Positions 28,068 to 37,941 of a stretch of DNA of 64,000 nucleotides are shown here, piece after piece. Both the position numbers and the translations under genes were made by a program. The notes under the pieces are model-generated. The model saw nothing but the letters and a program-made list of their open reading frames with translations, was not told the origin of the DNA and searched no databases. Every line of letters begins with the position of its first letter. The stretch's first letter is position 1. This DNA is from a bacterium (GTDB lineage: Bacteria; SM23-31): NCBI GenBank assembly GCA_028278455.1, contig JANQEH010000308.1, forward strand, positions 13,491-77,490. The letters run 5' to 3'.

Positions 28068-28211
28068 GATCGCTTTCTATGGATTGACAGGGATTGATTC
28101 GGAATAGGTCAACTAAACCGCACCCGGCAAATTTAACTAAAAAATGGAAAGTTTACAAGGAAAGATTTGGATTGGATTTATTAACACAGAAATAGCACGG
28201 AGTGATCCGTC

Positions 28212-28556
28212 TCAGGAACCTGCAAATACATAATCCATCACTTCGAGAGCAAACCTGGCTGAAGCAATAGCAGGGCCTCCTCCCATTTCAATACCTACTT
28301 CTATCGCTTCAAGAATCTCCTTTTCCGCAGCCCCTTCCCTGGCGGCATGTTCTATATGCCACTGCATGCATGATTCACAGTCAATTACAATGGAGATTCC
28401 AATCGCGATTAATTCTTTAACCTTTTTTGACAGTTCACCTTTATTAAATACAGTTTGCTCAAGCTCTAAATATTTCATATACGGAACAGATTCCAAACTT
28501 ATAAACCTTGAATGCGCTTTTTTCCGTTCGTTAATTATAGTTTCTATTTTATTCAT
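28212..28556 (-). CDS. Carboxymuconolactone decarboxylase/AhpD family protein
   Basis: LSKKVKELIAIGISIVIDCESCMQWH...GAAEKEILEA, with a CxxC motif. Confidence 0.9.
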   Translation of the reverse strand: MNKIETIINERKKAHSRFISLESVPYMKYLELEQTVFNKGELSKKVKELIAIGISIVIDCESCMQWHIEHAAREGAAEKEILEAIEVGIEMGGGPAIASARFALEVMDYVFAGS

Positions 28557-28571
28557 TTCAGTCTCCTTTGT

Positions 28572-29315
28572 TTATACCGAACGATGTTTTTTATTAATCT
28601 TCTTCAATACATAGATCACCCAGGGTGCTATTTCAGTCTCCTTTTTCCATTCGTATGGTTCACTTTCCAATCCCAGCGGTTTATAATTTCTAACAACATC
28701 CAACCCTGATTTTTCATATACCTTCCTATAATCCTCATCAGAAAAAACAATGTCTTCCACAGGCCTGCTGTCCTCGACGTCTGTCATTACAATTTTTACT
28801 TTATCTCCACTCTTTGCCGAATTATTTTCCGGAAAATCTCTGGTTGTGAACGAAGCCCATTCATTTACATATATTTCCGGGGAGGAAACCAGATTGATCA
28901 ATACTCCTTTTTCCTTTAACATTCTACCTAAAGATGTGAATATTCCAATTTTGGATACTCTACCCGGAATATTATCAAATGTGAAAATGGAAGTTATAAG
29001 ATCCATGGAGTTTTTAGGTAATATATTCATATTATCATTTTCAACCAACCGGTAATCGCCTTCAGGATCTAACTCATTAGCTTTTTCTATCATTTTCTCC
29101 GAAATATCAATGCCTGTAGCTGTAAAATCCAGCCTTTTAAGAAATCTGGTCGATCTTCCTGTTCCACAGCCGAAATCCATAGCCTTTCTTCCGTTGACAT
29201 GTTCCTTAATAATATTGGGCAAATCCCTGTATGCCAGATAATACGTTCCGGGGAATTCCAGGCTTGAATAAGAATTGGCCCTTTTTTCATCTTCGTATAC
29301 ATTTCTAAAATCCAT
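28572..29315 (-). CDS. Class I SAM-dependent methyltransferase
   Basis: AMDFGCGTGRS and GIDIS motifs; start placed at MDFRNVY (29315) to avoid overlap with the upstream ORF. Confidence 0.88.
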   Translation of the reverse strand: MDFRNVYEDEKRANSYSSLEFPGTYYLAYRDLPNIIKEHVNGRKAMDFGCGTGRSTRFLKRLDFTATGIDISEKMIEKANELDPEGDYRLVENDNMNILPKNSMDLITSIFTFDNIPGRVSKIGIFTSLGRMLKEKGVLINLVSSPEIYVNEWASFTTRDFPENNSAKSGDKVKIVMTDVEDSRPVEDIVFSDEDYRKVYEKSGLDVVRNYKPLGLESEPYEWKKETEIAPWVIYVLKKINKKHRSV

Positions 29316-29358
29316 AATAGTCTTCCAATCAACAAGAAATTTATCTTGATTATTTTTA

Positions 29359-29631
29359 TTAAAATGGTATTCTAATCCAGTAATTTGAATAATTTCCGGT
29401 ATTAAGTATTGTCTCATTCAGATCGAAGTCCGGCAGCTTACTCTTGATTATTTTAATAATTCTCAGATCGATCGCTTCCATGGTTCTCAATCCTTCCAAT
29501 ACCTTCTTTCTGATTTCTTCATCCGTAGCTCCGGCTTCTGACGCATTATCAAGATGATATTCCAATAAGTGACAGTTGATAGCTGAAATAGAAGCGCTTA
29601 TTCCGGCGAGTTCCTCGGACAAAGTATTCAT
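29359..29631 (-). CDS. Degenerate CMD/AhpD-like protein (possible pseudogene)
   Basis: EELAGISASISAINCHLLEYH...AGATDEEI resembles the CMD core but has only one Cys of the CxxC. Confidence 0.5.
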   Translation of the reverse strand: MNTLSEELAGISASISAINCHLLEYHLDNASEAGATDEEIRKKVLEGLRTMEAIDLRIIKIIKSKLPDFDLNETILNTGNYSNYWIRIPF

Positions 29632-29687
29632 TAAAAGACTCCATATTTTCCATGATCTGAATATAATTCATCAAATGCATATTTCAA

Positions 29688-31133
29688 TCATTTTATACCC
29701 TCCTTAATCTCGTTTTCGTTTAATTGTGTGATACTGATCCGCAGGTGATGAGACTGCCTTTTCTCGATAAAGAACCATGATCCGGGTGTGAGCTGTATCC
29801 GGTGCTTTAATAATATCTTTAGCAACTCATCTTCAGAAATCTTTAATCCCTTAACCTCAATCCATATCAGGTAGCCCCCCAGTGGTTCATGCCATGTTAC
29901 TTCATCAAAAATCAAGTTTTCCCTGAGTGCCGCTAAGGCTGACTGCATTCTTCGTTTAAATATCCTGTGCATATGTTTGATATGCATATCATAATATCCC
30001 CGCTCACAGAATTCATATAGTCCGGCCTGTATAACTGTATTTGTAGAAATATCTGTGAAGGTTTTTACTGTGGACGCTATTTTTAAAAGCTTTTTATCCG
30101 CCGCTATCCAACCAATCCGCATGCCGGGAAAAAGGACTTTCGAAAATGAGCTCAGATATATTACCCTGTGGTCTTTATCCATTGATTTCAGAGGAAGCGG
30201 TACTTTACCGAAATACTTCATCTCTTCCTCAAACGCATCTTCAATTATAGGGATCTTACAATTCCCGCTAATGGATATCATTCTCTCCCGCACACTCTGG
30301 CTCATCGTGATTCCAGTTGGATTCTGAAAATTCGGGATGGTATAAATAAAGGAAGGTTGACAAGACTGCAATATCTTCTCGAGCTTATCGAGATGCATAC
30401 CATATTCATTCATCTCTACCCCGACAATCCGGGAATTATACAATTCCATTAACGGTAGTGCATACAGATAAGTAGGATCTTCTGTAACTATAATCGAACC
30501 GGGATCTGCAAAAAGCCTGAGGATCATATCAATACTGTTCTGTGTTCCGTTCGTTATCATTATCTCTTCGGCGGTAACTTCAACACCATGCATCTTCAGT
30601 CTGGATGCAATAAATGATCGCAAAGGTGGATAACCTTCGACATTTCCGTAATTAAATAATCCTGAATCTTTACGAATGGCAATATTAAGACATTTTTTGA
30701 AATTCTCGACAGGCAGGATACGAGGATCCAGGCTTAGAGAATTCATGTTTAAAATATCAGTTCTCCTTTCCGGATATGATAGTTCAGGAAAATGTGAATA
30801 TTCACTATTGATCTTTAAGCAGGGAGAGGTAACAGTTTCTTCCCAGTCGATCAGACTTTTGGTAGAACGGTTATTCAATTTGATATTCGGAGTTTTTTTG
30901 CGCACTATTGTATAAGATCCGGGACGGCTTTCAATGTATCCCTGCCCCCATAGTTCTTCATATGCATTGTAAACAACCGTTCTGCTGATCCCGTTTCTCA
31001 ATGCAAATTCTCTTGTAGACGGAAGCCTCGTTCCAGGTTTCAGCGCAGTATTATCTATCATCTCACTTATTTGTGCGAATACCTGCCGGTGAAGTGGAGT
31101 TTTGCTTTTTCTGTCAAGATTCAGAACTAACAT
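29688..31133 (-). CDS. MocR/GabR-family regulator (GntR wHTH plus PLP aminotransferase-like domain), C-terminus probably shortened by a premature TGA
   Basis: LPSTREFA...ISRTVVYNAYEEL, PNFQNPTG, IIEDA and SSFSKVLFPGMRIGW; the frame continues past TGA to a TAA at 29631-29633. Confidence 0.9.
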   Translation of the reverse strand: MLVLNLDRKSKTPLHRQVFAQISEMIDNTALKPGTRLPSTREFALRNGISRTVVYNAYEELWGQGYIESRPGSYTIVRKKTPNIKLNNRSTKSLIDWEETVTSPCLKINSEYSHFPELSYPERRTDILNMNSLSLDPRILPVENFKKCLNIAIRKDSGLFNYGNVEGYPPLRSFIASRLKMHGVEVTAEEIMITNGTQNSIDMILRLFADPGSIIVTEDPTYLYALPLMELYNSRIVGVEMNEYGMHLDKLEKILQSCQPSFIYTIPNFQNPTGITMSQSVRERMISISGNCKIPIIEDAFEEEMKYFGKVPLPLKSMDKDHRVIYLSSFSKVLFPGMRIGWIAADKKLLKIASTVKTFTDISTNTVIQAGLYEFCERGYYDMHIKHMHRIFKRRMQSALAALRENLIFDEVTWHEPLGGYLIWIEVKGLKISEDELLKILLKHRIQLTPGSWFFIEKRQSHHLRISITQLNENEIKEGIK

Positions 31134-31341
31134 ATTTAATCTCGCTTTCTATTGGCATTAAATTTTAGATAAAATATAACAATATTCAATAGCCAATTCC
31201 AAATTTATCTTAAATACCAATTATGCGGTGAACTATTGATAAATTGAGACTGATATTCTATATTTAATGAGGAATCCCAGGCAGAGATATGGATGTCAGG
31301 AGATTGGATATTTTAAAAGTATCCTATTTAAGGTAGAGTTT

Positions 31342-32568
31342 TCAGATAGTCAGATTCATTATTTCGTTTGTAATAAAGACAATCGCCTCAGCAGTATTTA
31401 CAATTTTTCTGCAGTCTACAATCCCGGGATTATCATTAGGAGTATGCGTAATTGATTGATTTTCCATGTTTTCAATTAGCCAGTCTGAAGAGAATGCGAA
31501 AGCAGGGCACCCATACTGAACAAAGATACTGTGATCTCCCTGAGGAAAAGGAGTTCCCGGTTTCATCTCCTTAAAGTTTTTAAAAACATCGCTTAATACT
31601 ATGTTGTACTTATCCGGTATATCATAATGAGATACTGCTGTTTTTCCTTTATAATATCCGGCTCCATCAATGTTAATACACAGTTTGATCTGATTGAACT
31701 TATCGTGATTGTCACATAGATATTTCATTTGACCGGGCGCAGAGTAGTAATCTTCCCCATTTAAAGCAGCCAACTCGATAACGGATTTACCGCTATAATC
31801 ATGTAATAGTTCGGCCAGCAAGATCATTGTGATCACACCTGTGGCATTGTCAATTGCACCGGGTGTACCATTTTTAGCGTCAATATGGGCGGTTATGACA
31901 ATTCTATGTTCTTCATTGATTCCCTTACGGGCGATTACGTTAAAGCCCTTGCCCGGAAGGCGCTCCGAAATAGATTCAAGTTTTAAGGTTTTTCCTTTAT
32001 AAGCCATGAGTTCACATCCCTTTTCTTTTGTTATATACACGGAGGGAATATCGAAATCACCATCTTCTATCAGAGGGAAAGGGTATGCTCCCCCGGCGAG
32101 TGCGCTGTTTCTACCTGTTGCGGCAATAATCGCCGCAGGTTTTTTGTCTTCAAGAACAGATATGATCTTTTTATGTTCATCAGGATTATAAAACACGAAG
32201 TTCTTCGGCATTAATTGCTCTCCGGCAATATTACCTCGCATCAGAATTATTTTACCGGTAAGGTCTTTCCGGCTCAATTCGTCGAAAGATTCTATATCAA
32301 CAAGTTCACTTTTTATAGAACATCCCAGGGAATATGGGCTAACGAAGGCTTCGAATTGCTGATCAGCCGCTGATATTGAGGCTCCACCGTTCATCCAGTT
32401 GAAAGCATCGAACTCCTGCAAAACCGTGTCCCAACCGAAAGAGGATACTTTCTCACAAAATAAACCGGTTGCTTTTCTGTTGCCGGCACTCCCGACCGTC
32501 CGTTCAGGAATATCGTTACAGAATATTTTAAGGTATTTTACGGCTTTTTCTAAAAGGTCTTTTTTCAT
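31342..32568 (-). CDS. M28 family metallopeptidase with PA domain
   Basis: ITAHID, GAIDNATG, NGEDY, INIDG, GDHS and HTPND motifs. Confidence 0.9.
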   Translation of the reverse strand: MKKDLLEKAVKYLKIFCNDIPERTVGSAGNRKATGLFCEKVSSFGWDTVLQEFDAFNWMNGGASISAADQQFEAFVSPYSLGCSIKSELVDIESFDELSRKDLTGKIILMRGNIAGEQLMPKNFVFYNPDEHKKIISVLEDKKPAAIIAATGRNSALAGGAYPFPLIEDGDFDIPSVYITKEKGCELMAYKGKTLKLESISERLPGKGFNVIARKGINEEHRIVITAHIDAKNGTPGAIDNATGVITMILLAELLHDYSGKSVIELAALNGEDYYSAPGQMKYLCDNHDKFNQIKLCINIDGAGYYKGKTAVSHYDIPDKYNIVLSDVFKNFKEMKPGTPFPQGDHSIFVQYGCPAFAFSSDWLIENMENQSITHTPNDNPGIVDCRKIVNTAEAIVFITNEIMNLTI

Positions 32569-32645
32569 TGCTTTCTCCTTAGCGATATTAGAAGAAATAA
32601 TATATGTACATTCAGAGTCAGAAAATTGTAAGATTCCGACAAAAT

Positions 32646-33425
32646 CTACGCAATAATTCTGGAATTTCTGAATTCGGAAGGTGTTATTCCTGTAAATTCG
32701 CAGAAGGATCTGTTGAAATGCGCCTGATCGTAAAAACCGGATTCATATGAAATCTCTGTCAGACTTTTCTCAGTGCCGAGAAGTGAGATGGAATAATTAA
32801 TTCTTTGTACCTGCATGAATCGCCTGGGAGATAATCCAACATATTTGTTAAACAATCTTTCCAAAGATCTTTCAGTCAGGTTATATTTATTCCAAAGATG
32901 ATGTACTTTCAGATTACCATTAGGATTTTTTATTTCTGAAATAATGTTATGAATGAGATTAAAACGCGGTTGGTCTTTTATTTTCAAGGTTGCCAAAAAG
33001 TGTTTTTCTATGAAGTCAATTCGATCTCTGTTGTTTTTCAGATCTGGATATTTCTTCTCAAATTCTCTCCAATGATGATCAAAAACGACTGTCTCAGCAT
33101 ATGTATCAGCTATATCATTCAGTGGAATTGGAATAAATACGGAAGCACTGTGAGAATGGAATACTATACCGATAACACCCGCCTCACCTTGAGTAGATAC
33201 TTCTATATAAGACTTATTATGACCATAGATAGCAAAATGAGGCTGCGTGAAGGATTCATGCCCCGGATTTACATTCTGAAAAGGTTTCCTGTAATGCAGA
33301 AGAATCTGCAACTCACCTGTTGGATAAACAAGCTCCGTATGGTTTATTGAGTTATTGTCTAAGATCCAGTAATACTTTATATAATCTGCCAGTTGCCGAC
33401 AGGGTTGTTGGATGTGAATAAACAT
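32646..33425 (-). CDS. AraC-family transcriptional regulator
   Basis: N-terminal P...LADYIKYYW domain and C-terminal ERSLERLFNKYVGLSP...GFYDQAHFNRSF. Confidence 0.9.
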   Translation of the reverse strand: MFIHIQQPCRQLADYIKYYWILDNNSINHTELVYPTGELQILLHYRKPFQNVNPGHESFTQPHFAIYGHNKSYIEVSTQGEAGVIGIVFHSHSASVFIPIPLNDIADTYAETVVFDHHWREFEKKYPDLKNNRDRIDFIEKHFLATLKIKDQPRFNLIHNIISEIKNPNGNLKVHHLWNKYNLTERSLERLFNKYVGLSPRRFMQVQRINYSISLLGTEKSLTEISYESGFYDQAHFNRSFCEFTGITPSEFRNSRIIA

Positions 33426-33557
33426 GAAGTATCGATTACCGCTATTTTTGCCGTATAAATTTAATAATATTTATTATTTTTTTTAAGGAATGAGTGGAGG
33501 AGATGGTTTTAAACTGTAAAGAAAATCTGTTCTTTTTTCGATAATAATGATTTTGAC

Positions 33558-34847
33558 TTAATCGTTTGTATTATTATCATCATTTTTCTGCTGGATATTC
33601 TCAATTATCACTTCTATAACCCTGTTATCCTCTACTTTTTCAACAATAAATGTCAGATCGTCAAGCTCGAATTTTTCTCCTTCTTCCGGTATATGACCGA
33701 GGTGGAAAAGCACGAGCCCTGAAAGGGTATCATAAGCTTCATCTTCGGCTATTTTAAGTTCAATCAGGTCGTTCAGTTCCTGAATTGTCAATTTGCCGAG
33801 AACTTTATATGTTGTCTCGTCTATCTTTGTGAAAAGGTATTCCGGTTTGTCGGTCTCGTCATATATTTCTCCAACCAGTTCCTCAAGTACATCCTCGATC
33901 GAGACGAGGCCGGCGATTCCTCCATGTTCATCAACTACCATAGCTATGTGCGTTTTCTGTTCCTGGAGTTTCTCGAGAAGTACATTCACCATCATTGACT
34001 CCGGAACAAAAATAGCAGGTTTTACAATATCCCTGAGGTCTTTTTTACCGTCTCTGTTAATCGCCGCTTTAAGTATATCCTTTGTATAAGCAATTCCGAC
34101 AATAGTATCGATTTTGTCTTCATAGACCGGGATTCTTGAATATTCCAGATCCTGGACCTGCTTAACAGCTTCGTCTATACTGAGGTCCGATTCCATAGTG
34201 AACATATCGACACGAGGTGTCATTATTAGTCCGACTTCTGTATTGTCCAGTTCGAAAACATTCTGAATAAGTTCCTTTTCCTCCTGTCGGATTCCGCCTT
34301 CTTCCTCGCTTATCTTCACCATGGTTTTGACTTCATCCTCTGTAATTGAGTGATACTGCTTTGTAAGTACATCCCCGGAAGTTTTCTTAAGGATCAGGCA
34401 AAGCGGCTGGGAGAAGGGGTAAAAGATTACCTGGAAGAATCTTATTAAAGGAGATATTGCTAAAGCAACAGTTTCAGCATGATGCATACAGAATGTCTTA
34501 GGAGCAATCTCACCGAAGATAAGGATCAAAAGTGTCATCACACCTGTTGTTAATCCGACACCGTAAGAAAGCGCCTGCGGGACACCAATATTCTGCAGAA
34601 TCTCAATAGAAAGAGTAGTTGCAATCGAAGCGCTGCCGACATTTGCGAGGTTATTGCCGATAAGTACCGTTATTAAAAGATTATTTGGTCTGGATTTCAG
34701 TTTCGCGAGCAGACCGGAGTTTCGTTTTTCCTGCTCGGTAAGGTGTCTGACCTTTACATCGGAGAGAGACATAAAGGCGATCTCCGCACCTGAGAAAAAT
34801 GCCGAGAAAATGAGAAGCAGTAGTAAGAACAGTCCGGTTAGCGCCAA
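33558..34847 (-). CDS. CNNM/HlyC-CorC family membrane protein (DUF21, CBS pair, CorC)
   Basis: [42 protein letters not shown] and [29 protein letters not shown]. Confidence 0.93.
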   Translation of the reverse strand: MALTGLFLLLLLIFSAFFSGAEIAFMSLSDVKVRHLTEQEKRNSGLLAKLKSRPNNLLITVLIGNNLANVGSASIATTLSIEILQNIGVPQALSYGVGLTTGVMTLLILIFGEIAPKTFCMHHAETVALAISPLIRFFQVIFYPFSQPLCLILKKTSGDVLTKQYHSITEDEVKTMVKISEEEGGIRQEEKELIQNVFELDNTEVGLIMTPRVDMFTMESDLSIDEAVKQVQDLEYSRIPVYEDKIDTIVGIAYTKDILKAAINRDGKKDLRDIVKPAIFVPESMMVNVLLEKLQEQKTHIAMVVDEHGGIAGLVSIEDVLEELVGEIYDETDKPEYLFTKIDETTYKVLGKLTIQELNDLIELKIAEDEAYDTLSGLVLFHLGHIPEEGEKFELDDLTFIVEKVEDNRVIEVIIENIQQKNDDNNTND

Positions 34848-35027
34848 TTCTGGCCACCTTTTGATTTTATGGTTATAATATCGGCACTAACGCTGATACT
34901 GTCCGAATTATCAGACGATGATTCTTGTTCCATTCTACGAGTCTTAAATCAGCCTGAGAATTAGTCCGGAATTTCTGTTTATAAAAAGAATGAACTTAAT
35001 TAAAAAACAATATGTTTTACTGACTTA

Positions 35028-35056
35028 AAAATATGAAGAAAATAATTTGCTGTCAA
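35028..35056 (-). promoter_or_regulatory. Sigma70-like promoter for the CNNM gene
   Basis: TTGACA-N17-TATTTT on the minus strand; implies a leader of roughly 170 nt. Confidence 0.5.
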
Positions 35057-35082
35057 GCAAATTTTATATCATAAAGGTTATA

Positions 35083-35111
35083 TTGCATTTTAAAACCTAT
35101 TTCAATATATT
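35083..35111 (+). promoter_or_regulatory. Sigma70-like promoter for the GH57 gene
   Basis: TTGCAT-N17-TATATT upstream of an AAGGA SD and ATG 35179. Confidence 0.5.
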
Positions 35112-35178
35112 AGGTAGTTTCATCTAGAGATATCTTTACCTGAATTTTACCAGTGATTTTGAAAGGAATCTAATAATA

Positions 35179-36900
35179 ATGAATAAATTTTTCGGAACGT
35201 TCAACCTCGTCCTGCACGGCCATATCCCATACGTCGTTTCCCATGGGAAATGGCCTCACGGTACGGACTGGCTGTCGGAAGCCGTTGCAGAGTGTTATAT
35301 ACCGATCCTGAAAGTTCTGCGTGAACTGGAGGCTGAAGGAATTTACACGAAAATTACTATGGGTATCACCCCCATACTTGCCGAACAGCTAGCTGATCCT
35401 GTTTTTCACGAGGAGGTTTCAAGCTATCTCCAGATGAAAATAGATGCTGCTGAGGAAGATAAGACATTCTTCACCAGCGCAGGCGAAACTCACATGGCGA
35501 GACTTGCAGGAGACTGGATCAAATTTTACGGAGATGCCAAACATGATTTCGAGGATCTCTACGACCGGAACCTGCTGAAGGGTTTCAAGGAATACCAGGA
35601 TAAGGGTGTACTTGATATCATCACTTGCGGTGCTACACACGGATATTTTCCCCTCCTGGGAGAAGATGCGAGCATCAATCTGCAGGTAAGAACGGCTGTC
35701 GAAACTCACAAAAAGCACTTCGGGAAAACCCCGACCGGGATCTGGATGCCTGAATGCGCTTACAGGCCGGCATACCCATGGAAAAGGCCTGCCGGAGACT
35801 ATGCAGACCGTGATGCGGTAGACAGGTACGGTGTTGAGGAATTCCTGATCGAGAACGGTATTAGATATACTTTCATTGATTCGCATCTGCTGAAAGGAGG
35901 GAGGGCAATCGGCGCCTATGCGGATAGATTCGAGGGATTGAAACTTTTAATCGAAAGAAGCCTGAAGGCACAAAAAGAGAGAGATGTTATCGAGGATCTC
36001 TCTCCTTATAAATTATATAAATTGCAGTCGTCAAGAAATCCTGACACATTGACTCTTTTTACACGTGATCCGAAGACCGGACTTCAGGTCTGGTCAGGAG
36101 AGCACGGATACCCTGGTGACGGCTGGTACATGGATTTCCACAAGAAGCGTTTTCCGGGAGGACTGAGATACTGGAAGGTTACTTCTCCGAAATGCGGACT
36201 AGGTGATAAGGAAGTGTACGATCCCGATGAAGTAGAGAACAGGCTGGAGGAAAATGCATCGCATTTCGCGGAATTGATTAACAAACAGCTCGAAGAGCAT
36301 CATAATACTACCGGTGAAGAGGGTGTATTGACCGCTCCCTATGATGCGGAATTGTTCGGGCACTGGTGGTTCGAGGGTGTAAGATTTATCAAGAAGCTTT
36401 ACCAGAAACTTGCGAAGTACGAAAATATCAAACCGGGGACTGCAGCCGAAGCTGAAGCAAAGGAAAAATTCGAGTCGATCATCACGATCCCTGAAGGTTC
36501 ATGGGGTGAGGACGGACATCATTATATCTGGCTGAACGAACAGACAGAGTGGACGTGGAAGGATATTTATGATGATGAACTGAAGATACTCGAACTCGTG
36601 AAGAAGGCGCAGGACAATGGCTCTGAGGAATACCGTGATGTTGTTACTCAATTGGTAAGAGAACTGCTTCTCGAGCAGGCATCGGACTGGCAGTTTCTGA
36701 TAAGCACATTTTCGGCGAGGGACTACGCGGAGAGAAGGCTTGTCCATCACCATAATGCGATCAAGAGATTGACCGGAATAGCTGACAGGTATCTTGAAAA
36801 GGGATATCTTTCGGAAGAAGACAAATTTGTTCTGAATGAACTTAAAGAACAGGACCATTCGTTCCAGCACTTGAATATAGACTGGTTTAAGAATATATAA
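35179..36900 (+). CDS. GH57 1,4-alpha-glucan branching enzyme (DUF1957)
   Basis: HGHIPYV, THGYFPLL, WMPECAY (nucleophile), PYDAELFGHWWFEG (acid/base) and ASDWQF. Confidence 0.93.
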   Translation: MNKFFGTFNLVLHGHIPYVVSHGKWPHGTDWLSEAVAECYIPILKVLRELEAEGIYTKITMGITPILAEQLADPVFHEEVSSYLQMKIDAAEEDKTFFTSAGETHMARLAGDWIKFYGDAKHDFEDLYDRNLLKGFKEYQDKGVLDIITCGATHGYFPLLGEDASINLQVRTAVETHKKHFGKTPTGIWMPECAYRPAYPWKRPAGDYADRDAVDRYGVEEFLIENGIRYTFIDSHLLKGGRAIGAYADRFEGLKLLIERSLKAQKERDVIEDLSPYKLYKLQSSRNPDTLTLFTRDPKTGLQVWSGEHGYPGDGWYMDFHKKRFPGGLRYWKVTSPKCGLGDKEVYDPDEVENRLEENASHFAELINKQLEEHHNTTGEEGVLTAPYDAELFGHWWFEGVRFIKKLYQKLAKYENIKPGTAAEAEAKEKFESIITIPEGSWGEDGHHYIWLNEQTEWTWKDIYDDELKILELVKKAQDNGSEEYRDVVTQLVRELLLEQASDWQFLISTFSARDYAERRLVHHHNAIKRLTGIADRYLEKGYLSEEDKFVLNELKEQDHSFQHLNIDWFKNI

Positions 36901-36912
36901 CCGGAGTTAACG

Positions 36913-37608
36913 ATCGGCTCACAAGAGAGATTCTTCGAGGCTTCTGCCCTTAACAGGTTATTCTTCATCATTATAATTATTTTACATTGCTGTATCGGTC
37001 AGGTTTCTGCCCAGGAAAATTACGGCGATAAGCTCTTTCCGCGGAACGAGACCTGGTCGATCAAATGCAAGATCTACAGGTTAACCGAATCAGATATCAT
37101 TGTCCAGTTTCCACATCTTGAAAGTCCCTCCGAGGTGGCAAGGGTGTCAATAAAGAAGATAGAATATTCTGACGGCAGGGTGTTATTCTTCAATAATTAC
37201 GGCCAGATCGAGGCTGAGATTGCGATGCCGATGCCTGTCCGGGTGGATGAGGTTATGGGGATCGGAATGATAAAGATCACAGACGGACAGGAAGTGATCC
37301 TGAACGGTATCGACTATACCATACCCTCGGATTCACTGAAAATGATGCATTACAGACGGGGATTGCATTACCTCAGAAGCCTGATCGAGAAACAAAATGT
37401 ATCACTGAGGTTTGATCTTGTCCGGAGGGATGAATTTGGCAGGCTCAGGGCGTATTTAGTACTCACAAGCGGGAGGATGTTGAATATCGAGCTTATCCGG
37501 CAAGGGTACTGCAGGGTGGACAGAAGCAGGCCGATGATCTACCTGAACGATTTTATCGATGCCGAAAAAGAAGCCCGCAAGGCTAAACGCGGCATCTGGC
37601 GGAATTAA
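36913..37608 (+). CDS. Secreted thermonuclease (SNase)-fold protein; start uncertain, catalytic residues degenerate
   Basis: RDEFGRLRAYL...LNIELIRQGY...AEKEARKAKRGIW is SNase-like. The frame is open upstream of the track start (37135) back to 36901 and encodes a signal peptide, but that stretch has no ATG, GTG or TTG. Confidence 0.7.
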   Translation: MGSQERFFEASALNRLFFIIIIILHCCIGQVSAQENYGDKLFPRNETWSIKCKIYRLTESDIIVQFPHLESPSEVARVSIKKIEYSDGRVLFFNNYGQIEAEIAMPMPVRVDEVMGIGMIKITDGQEVILNGIDYTIPSDSLKMMHYRRGLHYLRSLIEKQNVSLRFDLVRRDEFGRLRAYLVLTSGRMLNIELIRQGYCRVDRSRPMIYLNDFIDAEKEARKAKRGIWRN

Positions 37609-37867
37609 AATTACATATCTCAATTTGTCTCCCTTTTCAAAATTGAGTTTTCAATTTATACTACCCTCTGTATCTCCCTTTATAAAGGGGGAATTTATAG
37701 ATACTATCTCCATTATTCTCCCGACGCTGGCTCAAAAGGCCCGATAATAAAGGGGGATCTAAAATCCTTTGTTAATATTCAAAAGGCTGAATATTTATTC
37801 CGGTATCCCGCATAATTAATTTCTTATCCCTGAATTTTGTTTTATATTCAGGTAAAAAATACACTGT

Positions 37868-37894
37868 TGCAACATTTTCCGGGTGAGGTGCGTC
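37868..37894 (+). promoter_or_regulatory. ECF-type promoter upstream of the ECF sigma gene (putative autoregulation)
   Basis: TGCAAC-N17-CGTC about 47 nt before ATG 37942. Confidence 0.6.
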
Positions 37895-37941
37895 ATTATT
37901 TTACTATCGCAAGCCGGAGAAACACAAAAGGAAAGTATTTT

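Noticed and set aside
28068..28140. Cobalamin riboswitch ahead of the pduS-like gene
   Set aside because: The leader is too short and lacks the B12-box and other consensus elements.
29688..29690. TGA reassignment (genetic code 4 or 25) or selenocysteine at the MocR stop
   Set aside because: Many intact genes here end in TGA with coupled overlaps; the position expects Arg, not Trp, Gly or Cys; no SECIS-like hairpin is evident.
31150..31225. MocR operator from repeated CCAAT/ATTGG motifs
   Set aside because: The repeats are short and in very AT-rich DNA; not distinguishable from chance by eye.
35179..37608. GH57-thermonuclease readthrough fusion
   Set aside because: The stop is TAA at the normal GH57 end, and the downstream frame begins with its own signal peptide.
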